Below, piece after piece: positions 38,867 through 52,928 of a DNA stretch of 64,000 bases (position 1 is the stretch's first letter; each line of letters starts with the position of its first letter). The stretch comes from Tubiluchus corallicola (taxonomy: Eukaryota; Animalia; Priapulida): positions 124,001 through 188,000 of the forward strand of contig JAQGDQ010000171.1 in assembly GCA_030141605.1 (NCBI GenBank), written 5' to 3'. The notes beneath the pieces were generated by a model that was not told the origin of the DNA, did no database searches, and saw only the letters and a list, made by a program, of their open reading frames with translations. The translations under genes and the position numbers were made by a program.

Positions 38867-38929
38867 GTAAGTAAGCAATTTATTGTCATCAAAAATGGTA
38901 GCAAAATTTTGCGCTAGAGATTTTCTACG

Positions 38930-39459
38930 TGTCATTTTCACCTACAAGAATACAGGTTGATGTATGGTGGTATAACCAGCAGTTAATATATTGTACTGCA
39001 GGGCTGTGATGAGATGAAGTGTAATGCTGGCAGAGGAATACAGTAGACTTCCCAGGTGTGCATGTGAACGTGGCTTTATCTAGCACAGACTCGTATTCTG
39101 ACCTTGTGTTAGTAAAAGCCACTAGTCACGTGCACACCTGAGCTTATAAAAAGGGAAGGTCTGCTGTAGACCCTTGTCAGTGGTCTTGTCTTTCGTTGCA
39201 GCTCTTTTCACATTTCACAGGCTTGTCGCAAACTCCGTTCTTTTAGGTCAGCTATTTGTTCCTTATTGGGGGTGTAATATTTAGTAATAAATTGTCATTT
39301 CGACTCTATTATTCGGGTTCTGTTTTGGTTTGGCGTGGAGCGACTTAACTGAGACATGCCGCACGGTGTGGGCCGCGGTGCCATCTGTCCTGCCTCCGTT
39401 AAAAGCGGACACCAGTCCAATATTAAAGTCGGAAAGTAAATATGTAAATTTTTACGACA
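38930..39459 (+). mobile_element. Possible solo LTR
   Basis: TGTC...GACA ends, TATAAAA at 39145, AATAAA at 39286. No TSD found and the left boundary is uncertain. Confidence 0.35.
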
Positions 39460-40282
39460 GCCCATTTTTATGTAAATAGTGCTGATCGAAATAAAATAAA
39501 ATTAAAGTATTATGAAATTAAATAAAGTAAAACAAAAATAATAAAAATCTCGCAGTACAAATTTGTATTTCTTTTAGAAATTCTACAGTATTAAATTCAT
39601 GAAGGTGGCTTATAATAATTATTCTTGATGATTAGCATAAGCATCAAAATTTTCAAATCAACTAATAATTCAGGATTATATAATTACTATTTTTTAAAAC
39701 TTAAAACACGTTTAAGTAACGTATATAAGAAACTCACAGAGAAAATCAAATTTAGCTGTGACAGAAAACATCAAAAACATGTGTATAATGCACATAATGG
39801 ACAACTATTCGCTAGAGATTTACACAATTGCACAAATACAATTTGTTATTTTGTACTTGTTCTCTAGAAATCTTCCCAGTTGGAGCATTGATTTAGAAAG
39901 AAAACCATTAGGCCGAAAACTTTTATACACACGCTTGATTAATCGAATTCTTGGTCAACCCTGGCAAAGCACTCAATTAGTAAATGGCAGAATTTTTTTT
40001 TTGGATTTCTGAAATTCATCGATGGCAAAATTTTATTGTTTTGAATTGTCATATACTAGTGAAGCGAAGTGTAGTGTAGAGCTATGAGTATTACCGCCTG
40101 CTGGGAAAAAGTAGTACGCGGCAAATGAAACGTTGTTATAGAGTGTAAAGTTTTAGTACTACAGGATTGAGTCTGTACTAATAGTAGTACTAGTAGTAGT
40201 TTATTGACATTACTCCAGCAAACACTTCAGAACAAAATAATAACAACAATAAATATTCATTCTACACACATCATTGTGCTTA

Positions 40283-40737
40283 CCGTATTTTCCCGTGTAT
40301 AAGAGACCCTTGTGTATAAGAGACCCCTTCAATTTTTAGGCAAAAATTCTGGAAAAAAGTTTTTTCAGACGGACATTTTTAGAGGGTAGAGTACAACTTT
40401 TTTCAACTCAGTGCGGTACTGAAAACAAAATAAAACCAGTTAATGTGTTGTAGAAAAAGAGTACTGGTATATATTAAAGTGCGTACCTGTAAACCTGTAA
40501 CAGGAAAAGAGAAAACGCGGAAATAATGCCTGTGTCACGATGCTTGTATTGCTTACAACCGCTTCATAGTCGAACGCGACACGCAAAACAGTTGTAGAGC
40601 ACTTATTTCTTTAAAATCATTAGTGTCACAATTTATGCATCTTATTGAAAAGACTTACTCCCATGTATAAGAGACCCCCTATTTTTAAAGTGAAAATTCT
40701 GAGCAAAAAAGGGTCTCTTATACACGGGAAAATACGG
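40283..40737. mobile_element. Tc1/mariner-pogo (Tc2-like) MITE
   Basis: Perfect TIR CCGTATTTTCCCGTGTATAAGAGACCC, TA TSD, and extra internal TGTATAAGAGACCC repeats. Confidence 0.9.
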
Positions 40738-41303
40738 TATACTATACAATAGTATTGTAGCGAGATTGTCATGGGAATAAATGTAGTAAATCTGCAAGTA
40801 CTTTTGCACATATTTCTAGCTCTAAATTAAACAGATCATCTGTGCTATTAAAAGTCATATTGTACTTTGTTCGCACTCCTTCCGTTACTCTACCTCTCGT
40901 TACAACGTGTTGTTCAGCTTGTACAGCCTCTTCGCAAGTATTCTATGGTGCGGTACCGGGGGTCTTACCCACCTCCCTGTTTCAACTTTCTACTGATGCG
41001 CAGATGAAGCAAACCGGGTAAAATTAGTACGCAGCGAATCAGCCATATTAAACACACATAATACACAGAGACATTAATCATTAATAAAAAATCAAGGAAG
41101 AATTGGGACCGTTGTAAAAGTTTTAAAAATGCACAATTGCATGTAAATGTTAAATGATCTTTGGTTGGTTAGTTAGTTGCAGTTTATCGTCATGATCCAC
41201 ATTAGATGCATTTTCAACAATAAATCTTACAGTACTGCTAGACAGATGGAGATGGGTCTACGTTTACAGGTCTACACACTGATCGTGATTATTACAGTAC
41301 CAT

Positions 41304-42038
41304 TTAAAGCAAAAGTCGAGTATCTCGGGAAGTTGAGCTTATTTTAATATTTGGGGGAAAATGTGAGAAAGTTTCAGCAATAAAATTGTGATAAGCATCT
41401 TATGTATTTAGTAAAATCAATTTAAAGTTGTGATTACTTTACGCTAGGGCGCGCTCATTTTAGACGAAAAATGGCGCCATGCGGTTTCCGTGCAATAAAC
41501 ACTTCTGAATGTGCTTCAGGTGCTTCAGAATCTTTTTTTGACTTATAGAGCGAACTCTATAAACTAAGTAACCAGCCCGGCACCTACTACGTGCTGGCAA
41601 GTTCACATGTGTATCTAAAAGTCAAAAAATCTGTAAATTAATTATTTACACAATTAATGTTAATTATTTTCACATTTTAAGGCGTAATCCTGTAGATTTA
41701 AGCAATGTAACCATTTTAAATTTGACCATAATTGATCGAATGACTGATTTCTAGATAAACACAGTTAAACACAAGCAAATTGTAGAAATTTAGCAACGCA
41801 TACCTTCGCACAGCTTGTCTTCGCGTTATTCACGCCGCCTAACAGACACCAGCTTACGTCATTCTTTTCAAATATGCCGGCAGCGACGTTCGTTTGGCGG
41901 GAGATAAGAAATACTTAAATTTCTTTTACATTTTAAGCAAAGCATTCTATGCGCATATTTTGTGTTGTGATTTTTGAATATTTTTAATTGTACATTAAAA
42001 TGCAATAAATGTTGTCCGAGGGTTGGTTCTTTCTTTAA
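41304..42038 (+). mobile_element. TTAA transposon family A' (left end related to family A)
   Basis: TTAAAGCAAAAG ... TTCTTTCTTTAA. Colinear with 58453-59184. Confidence 0.85.
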
Positions 42039-43867
42039 GAGCGTTATAGCCTACTAATAAAATTAATCAGGAATATGAAGAACTGGAGGTCTAGCCCGGT
42101 GCCCGTTGCGAATTTCAAGCGGTAGGAAAAAAGCATTAGCCAGCTGATTTTAACACTTAGATAATTGGGAAAGTTGGATAAATCCTGTAAATGCGGAATC
42201 ATTTCAGAGTTCAGTCTCATAAACGTGGAATACCGTGTTTTAGTTCGAGCTTTTATTATGATACACAATTTGTCAACGATTTGTTTATCAGTATAACACA
42301 ATTTTTTAAGCTCGTCACAATTCTTGATATAAAATTTTGCCCACTAAACCCATTCGAAACTAACGCAAGGGGTTCTTTTGGTTCTAAACACACAACTCTT
42401 TGTCTATTTGTAACAGAAAATTGCCTGTCTGTAAAATAAATGACCTGCGTTAACAAGACCTAATTTATTAAGGGTTGCAGATTATTACTCACAACATATA
42501 TTTGTATTTTTACCAAAACTGTACTGGCCTAGAAGGATAACTTGTTGCGCAATCTGACAGTGACGCACTGAAGCCAATAACAGAAAAGACAAGTGACCAA
42601 AAGAAAGAAGCAATAATACTGGCGTGTAGATTAGAAACGACTCACCTCCAATCGTTACAACCCAATCTTTTCCGAAAACAAATGATCTAACTGAAGCGCA
42701 AGGGCAAAAAGATTGCGGCCATTGAATTAGTCATTGAGGGGAAAAATGTCGGTAATTTTTTGGTAATGGGGGAAATTGTAAAATATTCTCGTTAATCAAT
42801 CTGAATGGTAATTTTTAGTGGACGAAGGCGGTATTAACCTCTAAATGAATGATAATGTCAACGTAAGAATACTGTTGGTAATCTTCAGTCATAGATTAAA
42901 CTATAGTTACTAGATATGAGATTAGGAATGGATGTTAACTTAAGAGTGAGATGAAATTTATAATGATTAACAAAGCTAAATGGGAAAGATCTACGTTTGC
43001 TAGTACTAATATTATAGAAAACGATTACAAAATCTAAAAGAAAGTTTGGATATTTTTTATTCACATTAAAATTGAAACAGTTCTTCAAACAATCACATAT
43101 TTCACGTATGAACTTGGTGATCACAAACTCAGCACTCATTGCGTTCGTGCCCCCGACCTGCATGAACACCCACAACCTAAGCGCTCGTAACCTCAGCTTC
43201 CGAAAGCGGAATGTCAAAGATGGGCCGTATTTCACGAAGTATTCTATAGTATGCCATCCTTCAATTTTCTTGGCTGAACTGCTTCCGATTTTATTGCCAG
43301 CAATAATTTTAAACTAATATAAAGGCTGCGTAGAGTCAACCGATCCAAACAAATCTCTTACTGCAGAACTGATTGTATAACATTTCAATCCAGTCTTTCT
43401 CATGCTTGTAATCTCCTCTCTTCAAACCTCCTCTCCCTTCTTATTATTGTCTCACTCGTGTTCGCTTGCTACCTCTTCCTTTCATCAACAAACAATGTGA
43501 ATGCACGAGATGTTTCATAGATGTATTGCCAAGTTTATTAAGCAATTAACAGAACTAAGTGATAAATTCGCGTAAAAAACGCGTCGAATTGTTTCTTTTC
43601 GCCATGACACATTTCCTTAGGAAGGGAAAATAAGAGCGAAAATTAACAGCAATGTTAAAAAAGAGGAAACTAATAGCCGAGTGTTAAAAAAACAAAAACC
43701 AACATAAACATGTTGTCATTACTTGTGATGTGTCATGTTTAAATTTGGTGTTTCCAACTCTTCGGGGTCCGGCCTGTCGCTGTCCCCACCCCACATTTCC
43801 ACATCGATATCACTCTCAGACGAATAATGCTAATGGCAGCAGTTTGTACTTCTTTGATCACATTGGA

Positions 43868-44342
43868 CAGTGGCGGCTCGTTTTGATATTATTTTAATAT
43901 TGTGTAAAACGAAACAAACGTATGTAATTATAATGTTGAAATTGTAATTTTAAACAAACAAACTAATTTAAACATAACCTCGATAAACTCCTGAACAAAA
44001 AATATTGATTTCTTACGAATAGCCTAAACTGTCGCAGTTCAAGAATAATGCCGGTACACGGCTTTTAAGCACGTGACAACTGACAGCACGTACTGTGTGA
44101 GTGACAATACTCTTTCTACCTAAAGTACAGCGTCTTATCTCAGACATGTGCGCATAGTCGCATGCGCACAGCAGCCAAACACCACGTCACTTGAGCTAAG
44201 AAGCAAATTGTACTTCCCCCAGGTTCCGCACAAGTATAAAGAAAGAACTAAAGGAAAAACATTATATTGAATATTATCGATAATAATGAGTGCAAACAGG
44301 GGGTGCAGCAGTACCACTGAACCTATAAACGAGCCGCCACTG
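43868..44342. mobile_element. hAT-like MITE
   Basis: Perfect 16-bp TIR CAGTGGCGGCTCGTTT. The 8-bp flanks ACATTGGA / ATACAGGA match at 5 of 8 positions. Confidence 0.75.
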
Positions 44343-44974
44343 ATACAGGATTTACCTTAGGATCTCTAAACCGTTGTTCTTTACAAGTTTGCAGCTTAAC
44401 TTCACGGAAATAAACGTCTTATTTCCGTGAACGAAGTAACACGATTTTTTTTGTTTTGACTATATTCCAAAAATAAAAGATTCTGTAGCGCAATCAATCG
44501 CCATTAACGAACTGCAGTTTTCAATGTCATCTTTTTTGAGCGAATTAAAATGTAATCCTAAAGTGTAGGATTACTACATATTGTCTGGCAATAATGGAAC
44601 ACGGGTCGGTAGCAGCTGCAGCTGTTCGTATGTACAGGCTTGATAAAGAAATATCAAAATAAAATGGCTTGTTTCAGGTGCTAGCAATGTGAACGCAGTT
44701 AAGAGCGCTAGTAACCTTTACCCGGCAGAATGAAACAATTTAACAGCGTCTTCAAAATCCCTTTATCCACGAGAAAGATACTAAGAAGACAATTTTGCTC
44801 TGTCCAAGATCCAACCAATTTCCTAACCGGACTGGAGTTTAAAGCCAGCTGATCATAACTACGTAACTTTGGCATTCGCCATGCTGTTCAGCATTTTACC
44901 GTTGACCTTTCAACGAAGCAAATCTGTTAAATTCATGAATGTATAGATTGCTGAAATCGCAAGTATTGCTGTCC

Positions 44975-45280
44975 TGAGTTAAGTGGCCGAGTGGTTTAGA
45001 TTTCGGACTGCAACCACGCAGCCTTGAGTTCGATACTACCGGCTGCCAACGCCAGGAAATATACCTTGCATGTTATTCGTTGTTTGTGTTTTAGATTTCG
45101 GACTGCAACCACGCAGCCTTGAGTTCGATACTACCGGCTGCCAACGCCAGGAAATATACCTTGCATGTTATTCGTTGTTTGTGTTTTTTTACTCTTACTT
45201 GTATTGTTGTGTAAATCGCTAACAGCTGTTAGTGCTAATGTTGTCTGTTAAACGAGCGACGGTAAACAAATCTTGCCTTT
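44975..45280 (+). mobile_element. tRNA-derived SINE containing a 95-bp tandem duplication
   Basis: A box GTGGCCGAGTGG and B box GAGTTCGATAC. 44995-45089 is repeated at 45090-45184. Confidence 0.75.
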
Positions 45281-46805
45281 CCTTTATCTTTGCTCGTTTT
45301 AAATAAAGAATTTTGTGGTAAAGAGACGAAATTTATTGCGAAGTAGGGGTGCTGTCAGCTGTTGTTTTCTGCTATAAAAATCAAATATCCTACTCTACTT
45401 AGAGTGAGACATCAAAAATAACGCTTAACTTTTTACTTTGACTGATACAACGAAATTCCATTTTGATTAATGAACTGGGAACTGACAAGTATAACTGCAC
45501 CTAAAATCTTATTTTACCACGTGCTAGCGGCGTGACATCCATTAATTAAACTTCATACAACTTTTCTTACCGTCCTGTGTAACCGTTTCATGCACAGGAA
45601 GCCGGCATTGTACGTGAAGACGGGCGTGCTGTTGATGCATTTCTGACACTTTAGTAATGAAAGGAGGAAAGCTAAGAGTATTTTAAGTCTGTGTAGTTGC
45701 GCTTTTAAAGGTGGTTGATTTGAAAATGCTGAGAAGCCTGAGATCATCGTAAAAATTTTGCTAAACACGTCAGGGAAAGGGAGGACTTTGTCATAATTGA
45801 CACCATTTGACGCCCTGATTGCGCCCTGTCATCAAGATTAAAAGATGGGCTGTTAATCTTTAACTAAATATTTAGATACTTATTAGTGTCAAAAGTACGT
45901 ACAATACAAGAAAAACAAGAAGACATACATACAATTTCAATTTTAAACTATAATGACACTATATACAAACGATATATATATACTAATATACTAATAAAAC
46001 AAATATTATTAAATCTTCCCGTTAGTTATATTAGGTATTTAAATGAAGTGTTTAGTAATTAGTATTTAAAATGAATTGTCAAGTCGTTGATATACAAGGA
46101 AAAGAGAACTGGGCTCCTTGCTTAACACCTAGGGATGATAGTATACCTTCTGTTAATCCTCCAGCGAGTTTAACGGAGCAGTTAGTTTAGGAGTACATAT
46201 TTTGCAAAATCTTAAGGAAATAACCACCTACAAATAAACTTCACTCAGTTGGAATAATAATCAGCTTTTCTCCAGTGAGGGTGAGAAACTTTCAATGAAA
46301 AAGCGTTGAACCGATTAAGCAACACTGAACCTGGTAGTAGCCTGATAGTAAACAGGCGGGTCACAGTCATTGGTGGCTATTTACCTCATTCGGGGAAGGA
46401 GGATGTTTGTACACCTAAACTTGCGAGCTCTTTGCGAGTTCGCGTCTCGTCTTAGGTGATTATCTTCCATAACGTCATTGTTTATTCTTGATGTGATAAG
46501 TTCCGGTCCCTACGCGGCATTTACATTGAGTGTGCCTTGTCATTTAATGTTTGCCAACTCACAGAGTGTATTATTATAAAAAATAATACAAGAAAGAGAA
46601 TTGTTATGATGCAGTACTGTTGTGATCAAAGAGTTTCAACTAAGTTAACAAATGCATCATCTCGTAAACTCACTTGTTGACTGTGTGAATTTCTGTTAAC
46701 GTTATCTTCCTCAAACGTCAAGGGGCCAAAAGCCAATAAATATAGCGAGAAGCCTGTCTAGACGTGAATGTGCTGAATTCACTGACAGTCACATGCTACA
46801 CTTAC

Positions 46806-46928
46806 GTTCCTAATGATCATTCATTTGGAGATCTGGCAGCAAATTGAACTTTAAACAGAGCGATGCAACCCTTGGGATGGACAAATTCTCCAACGCGAAG
46901 TAGTTATATGATGGCGTTTTTTGCCGAA
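46806..46928 (-). other. Candidate non-coding exon (123 nt)
   Basis: Minus strand ctaatctgtttcttttcag|TTCGG...GGAAC|gtaagt, with branch point, pyrimidine tract and consensus donor. All three frames contain stops. Confidence 0.4.
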
Positions 46929-48529
46929 CTGAAAAGAAACAGATTAGGTATTACTAACAACCGATACCGATAAAGTTTTATTGATCAATAGCCGATTATA
47001 GTAAATAATATATGCTTCGCTTAGAGTTAGCAGGTCCAGATAGTCAACGAAATTAAAGCAGCTGAAGGAGCAATGATGTTGCTTGCCGGTATTGGTATCC
47101 CCATTATAAATAATTAGAAAACGATACTGCAAAGGCTGCCAAGGCCTAATCAAGTAGTGAATAGAATTTAAAGAGAAGCAAAGCAAATGCGATGAATGCC
47201 ATTATTCAGTGCCAATGTTTCTTTCATTCCTTCTAGAGCTGTCTTAAAGTTTTTTAATGGCTTTTATCTGGTATTACTCTTCGGGTGTTTGGACGTTTTC
47301 CTTCAATCCCATATCTATGGATATATGGATATATATATATATTATTACAGGGAAACACAATGGCAATCTGTGTTTCAACAAACCGATACTATTACTTGTC
47401 CAAGAAAATAATCCCAAGTTTTTGCATTTGCAAGAATGCCGAAAATCCGACACAAAAATATTTATGAGCAAGAGAATAGCTAAGTGGTCACGGAATCTAC
47501 ACTTAGTGGTCACTAGAAAAGTTATGCATAACTGAACCTTGTTAGTAAATTGGGCAACCACCAAAAAACTGACACCTGTCAATCTGCATTGCAGCTTATC
47601 TCACTGAGAAAGTCTATTTAGACAAGGATATGCCAAGATCCAATGAGTGTCATTGCCAGTTATTGATGTGATTGTTCTTGGATGATAACTAGTCAAAACA
47701 ATATCACACTTTCTCTGGAACTGCAAACGGATCATAAGCTACAGCAGATTGGTCGTCTAGCTTCTTTATGGAACTATAGAACTTTTATTGCTCGTCTTGA
47801 CAGTGATCACATTCCACCTAATTTGCCTTCTTCTGACCCCGCCATTGCTTCTATGTAGGACTCAATCTGTCACGCAATATTGCGTATTACTTGCGGAGAA
47901 ATTGTGTAAATGGGAACTGCATAAATTAGATTACTCTGTCCGCGCTCTATAGATGCAGGCATGGTCTCAGGACGAGAAATCTATAGATGTAACTCTAGAA
48001 TGTTTCCAAATATTTAAAATCATAATCGAGAAATAAGACGCCGCCATTATCACCATGTTAATGCTACAAATTATTGTGTTTTTCACAACACGGGTTCTTT
48101 GGTCCACGAAAATGTTGTTACTGCCTATATTTTTTTCCAAGCTTTACCGTGTCGAGCGACGGAGATGTAGGTTGTTGGAAATTGTGGAAGGATAACTTGA
48201 TTACGTAATATTTGCGCTCGTCTCGTTAGTTAAGAATTAGTATTTTGTTAACCCCGCTAGAAGCATGTGGCAGGCAGACAACTGCCAGAAACACTAATGG
48301 CACGTTCACATTTACGGAACTGCGGCGACCGTAACAGCAATGCTATTATCTATTATTCTCGAATTCGAAATAAGCAGTGAATTTGTAACGAGTGCTGTAA
48401 AGTTTTTTGACTCAGGGTAGTAAAAGAACGTGCACCATTATTAGGAACCATTACAATTGCATACAAAGTTTTAATTAATTAATAATCTAATTAATACATC
48501 TTAGCAACAACAAAAGCAAAACGAACTGG

Positions 48530-48950
48530 GCAATAGGATATACAAAGTACAGAAAAATTACTTTGAAATCACAAGTGAAAAAAGCTTACTTAATTGCTTC
48601 AAAAATTTGTTCAGCAGCAGAGTTGTAAGTTTATGGAATAAACTACCACCATATGTGAATGGTGCTCCAACTGAAAATGCTGGTAACAGAAAATTATTTA
48701 AAAAACATGTTGATTATAGCAAATTTTTACTTTTAACAGACACCTGTAAGCGGTTATTTTAGTTCTTTGTGTTTTTTAACGTAATTTTCTACTTATGTTA
48801 TTATTATCACTTTGTTTTAATTTGTACTGTTTTCGTAGTAGTCCTTTATGATTTTATTCCAATTTTCAACTGCCTTGTCACTCATACATTGTACTTTGAA
48901 GATTACGAAATAAATAAAATAAATTAATAAAAAATAATAATAAATAATAG
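48530..48950 (+). mobile_element. CR1/L2-type LINE 3' end
   Basis: NLFSSRVVSLWNKLP matches the CR1 motif FFS.RVV..WN.LP. Followed by an AATAAAT-rich tail. Confidence 0.75.
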
Positions 48951-49914
48951 ACAAAATATAATTCTCGTTTCACTATGTGTTAATCTCAGTAACTATGTGG
49001 AGGCAACTGGAGTGCTTAATCAGTATTGAAGGCCCGAAATGTCCGAGGGTGGAGAGGAGACTTAAACAATGCAATATTTACAACTCTAAAATGTAGTAAA
49101 TGAAATTTTAGCCTGCAAAACACTGTTAGTGTAAAAATCGTAGAAAAACAATTTATAACAGTTTACAGAGGCTGTTACTTAATAAGAAAGTAACAAGTGA
49201 TGATCCTAAACTTACAGAGGACATTACGCAGTCTGCTAGCCTAGTCTATCAGAAAGCAAATTGCAGTCATTCTCGAAGAATCTGAACAACGCAACAAACA
49301 ATATCAGTGAATAAATTCTGGTATGCGCATTCACTCGGCTGTTGATTTTAATTACCACTGATTGTCCACAACAAAGAGTCCATCCAATTAAACAAGGGAG
49401 AGAAATATTTGCCAGTTAGTTGACAGTTCAAATCGTCCAATCAATCCACGAGACAGAGTGAGTGATAGATTAAAGGTGATTTAAAACCTAGTCGAGTTAA
49501 ATTTTTCAGGAAGGAGTTCACTGATGTTTCAACGGGTTTTAATAAGTCGGTACCATTGCTAAAAGGGAATTAGCGTATGTTTTTTCAGAAAATTTCTAGC
49601 TAAATTGTAGTTTTTTCAAGGAGTGCTGTGTTTTAAAGATTTAATTGAAAATCCGCGTTTCTTGAAAAAAACAACTAAAAAACTAGAATGAAAACTACAA
49701 TTAGTTCTAGTTTATAAAAAAATTGGTCTTTATAAAATATTAGCCAGGTTTCACCAATTGAAGGACGAAAACATTCTCATGTAAAAACCAGCTTCGTGAA
49801 TGTAATTAACTTGTTCCCTGAGAAAACGTCGTGTTGCTAGAGAGACAAGATTCGGTTAAAGTTTACGATTTCCAACACACAAGAAATTTATTCATGAAGC
49901 GACTAGGATTAAAC

Positions 49915-50015
49915 TTAGGGTTAGGATTAGGGTTAGGGTTAGGGTTAGGATTAGGGTTAGGGTTATGGTTATGGTTATGGTTAGGTTTGGGTTAGGACTA
50001 GGGTTAGTATTAGGA
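49915..50015 (+). repeat. Interstitial telomere-like (TTAGGG)n, degenerate
   Basis: About 16 hexamers of TTAGGG/TTAGGA/TTATGG. Confidence 0.9.
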
Positions 50016-51599
50016 ACAATTAAGGTATTTAAATTGTCTGGGGAATTGAAAACTCCACGTTGCGTTTATTTTACAATCAAATGTACGCAATATATTAAAT
50101 GATAGACAAGATGACTTTAAGATCGGCTCCCCGACTGAGTTACCATGAATAAATTTGGGTAATTTTTATGTGATATTTTATGAGATATCGTACTACATTA
50201 AATTTTATAGTTACATGTAGTGGTATTACAATTACAAGACTTGCTATTTGAGAGAGCATATTTAAGTCGCATTTGATGCAAAATCGAAAATGTTTAGTGT
50301 AGTCACAAGAAGGACGACTGCTATTGCATCTAACCCATCTCTGATTATAAAATAAGAATATTTTCAGCAATTGTTGGTCCTAGGGCCGCGGAAGTTCTGA
50401 ATCCAATCATGGACTGTAATTCTGAGAAGTTGATTACAAAGTGTTACTGAATTGCTTGTGTATTATTTTATTGTATGATTGTATTGCTACGCTTTACTAG
50501 ATGATTGTCATATTTTCAATTTTTCAATTTTTTAATCTCTTAGTTGACGAAATTAGCTACGCACAGCTAGTGTTTGTTGTTTTTTAAACAGTCTTAAAAT
50601 TAAACTTGAAATGAAATGAAGTAACAGTTATGTATGATAATAACTACAAGGAGTATTATAGTGGGAAACGGCTGTCAAGCAGATGATCAAGACTGTTTTA
50701 ATTAAATTTTCTTAGGTCGTATTACTAGAAACGCCACTACGAACGCTGTAGTTACTTTTGAACAGTGATGACACAATCTGATTACATTTGCATTTATTTT
50801 GTGCTAGTTTAAACAGCGAGGAGCATATCTGAGCTTTGTCGACACGTGGGTTCTCATCCATCATCTACGCAGCAGTATCGGCTTTATTATGATGAAGAAA
50901 CGGATGATCGACCAAACGCGCTGGCTCAGATAAACGTTCACAGTAACAACAAACTCGCGCTCGAATAATACTAATCAGTCAATTTCTAACGAGAGTTGAA
51001 TTTATGTTTTAAATCTGTTTGAATGTGAAAAGCACCTCGACGATAATGCACTTTAGTCATGAACTTTTTAGACAATTCGAGTAGACATGTGTTCTCGTAT
51101 AAACACAGTTTAGTTGTGGACTGTCCACAAATCCCTGAGGTTACTTAATTATCTGCACGAGAATCCATTTAAAATAATGCACTTTAATTTCCATCAGTCA
51201 AGTATGCATTCACATTCTGAACAACTGCAAACATAGTTTAATATTTATAATATATTTATTTAAAGTTTATTTCAGTACAACTGTACAACAAAATAAAAAT
51301 AATGCTTAAAAACAACGACAAAATATACACATTTTTAATCACGTGGATGTGCATTATTGATGCACCATAAATGTTCTATTCGTGTTTTCAAATAAGCCAC
51401 AATACATGATTTAACACCCCCTGTTCAGATTCTCTTGCTATCAGATAACAGTAGATATTTATGGATTATGAGCTTCGTAAAAACTCATATTCAAATTAAT
51501 TTTATCAAACAATCACCTGAGACTTTTAATGAAAGATAAAAACGCTAGTCCCCACATACAAAAAATGCCATTTATTTCTGTCATTTTCTTAATTATTTT

Positions 51600-51955
<356 letters not shown>

Positions 51956-52670
51956 GACCAAGACAATAAAACAGCAATACAATGGACATACTCGTGTATA
52001 ATAGCAGATGAAGAGACTGACTGCATGAAGCGTTAACGTGGATTTTGTATGCCGTCTCGAATTTTCTCCTGCAAGCTAACAAAGGTTTCCATTGAGATAC
52101 TAATGTAAGTAAAAAATTTCCCCTTGTCAGCTCTCTACTGAGAGTTCAGTTTGGCTATCACGCCGCGGCAGGATCTCAGTTTGTTCATTGGATGCACACA
52201 GAGTACTGCATTCTCGTTTACTGCATCTTCTAATTAGTCTCAGATGTCTGCAAGCAATTAAAACTACCAAATCCTCCTCATCTCTGCTTGTTTTAGTGTA
52301 GTTTGCGTGATTTTGTGCAGCGCGTGAAGCAAATTTTGCATAACGCTTTATTCTGGGTTCAACTGTGTCGTGTTTACTCAATTTTGTCGTGTAGCGCCAT
52401 GCGACCAAGACGACACTCCAGGCCCTTCGGGAAAAATGACCCATCTTCTGTTCTAATAAGCCTAACCAAATACTCATTCTGGTCCTTTGTCAATCAGATG
52501 TCTGTCAACATTTACTTTCAATCCTTCATTAAATACATTGCAAGAAAATACTAAGGATGATACTATAGGTTTATCCAAAGCTTTCTTTTTCAAGCTAACA
52601 AACCCATATTATGCACTGGTACATAATTAATCGTGGTTATCATACGGTACAGCACAGTTCTCTGCAGTAG

Positions 52671-52830
52671 TTAAAGCAAAATCGGACCCAATCTTAAACT
52701 GTAGCTCAAAACTGTCTACTCTTTAAAATGTTACATACACTACAAGGAAACATACTATTTTGTCAAAAATGACTTACGTGAAAGAATTATTACCACACAA
52801 GCACAATTTCACTTTCGCGCCATTAGTTCT
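52671..52830 (+). mobile_element. Family C TTAA element, left part
   Basis: TTAAAGCAAAATCGGAC... matches 17795-17942. Confidence 0.65.
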
Positions 52831-52833
52831 TTA

Positions 52834-52889
52834 CTGTCTCTGTTGGTTGCATGAACCGAACAAAAAGCACAGAAACATTGCATTAAAAG

Positions 52890-52928
<39 letters not shown>

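Noticed and set aside
44679-44940. Plus-strand coding exon downstream of the signal-peptide exon
   Set aside because: An acceptor is present, but phase-0 and phase-1 readings stop early and there is no good donor.
44975-45050. tRNA-Cys gene (also tRNA-like heads at 37938, 55795, 60758)
   Set aside because: Stems do not close a cloverleaf and the sequences continue into SINE bodies.
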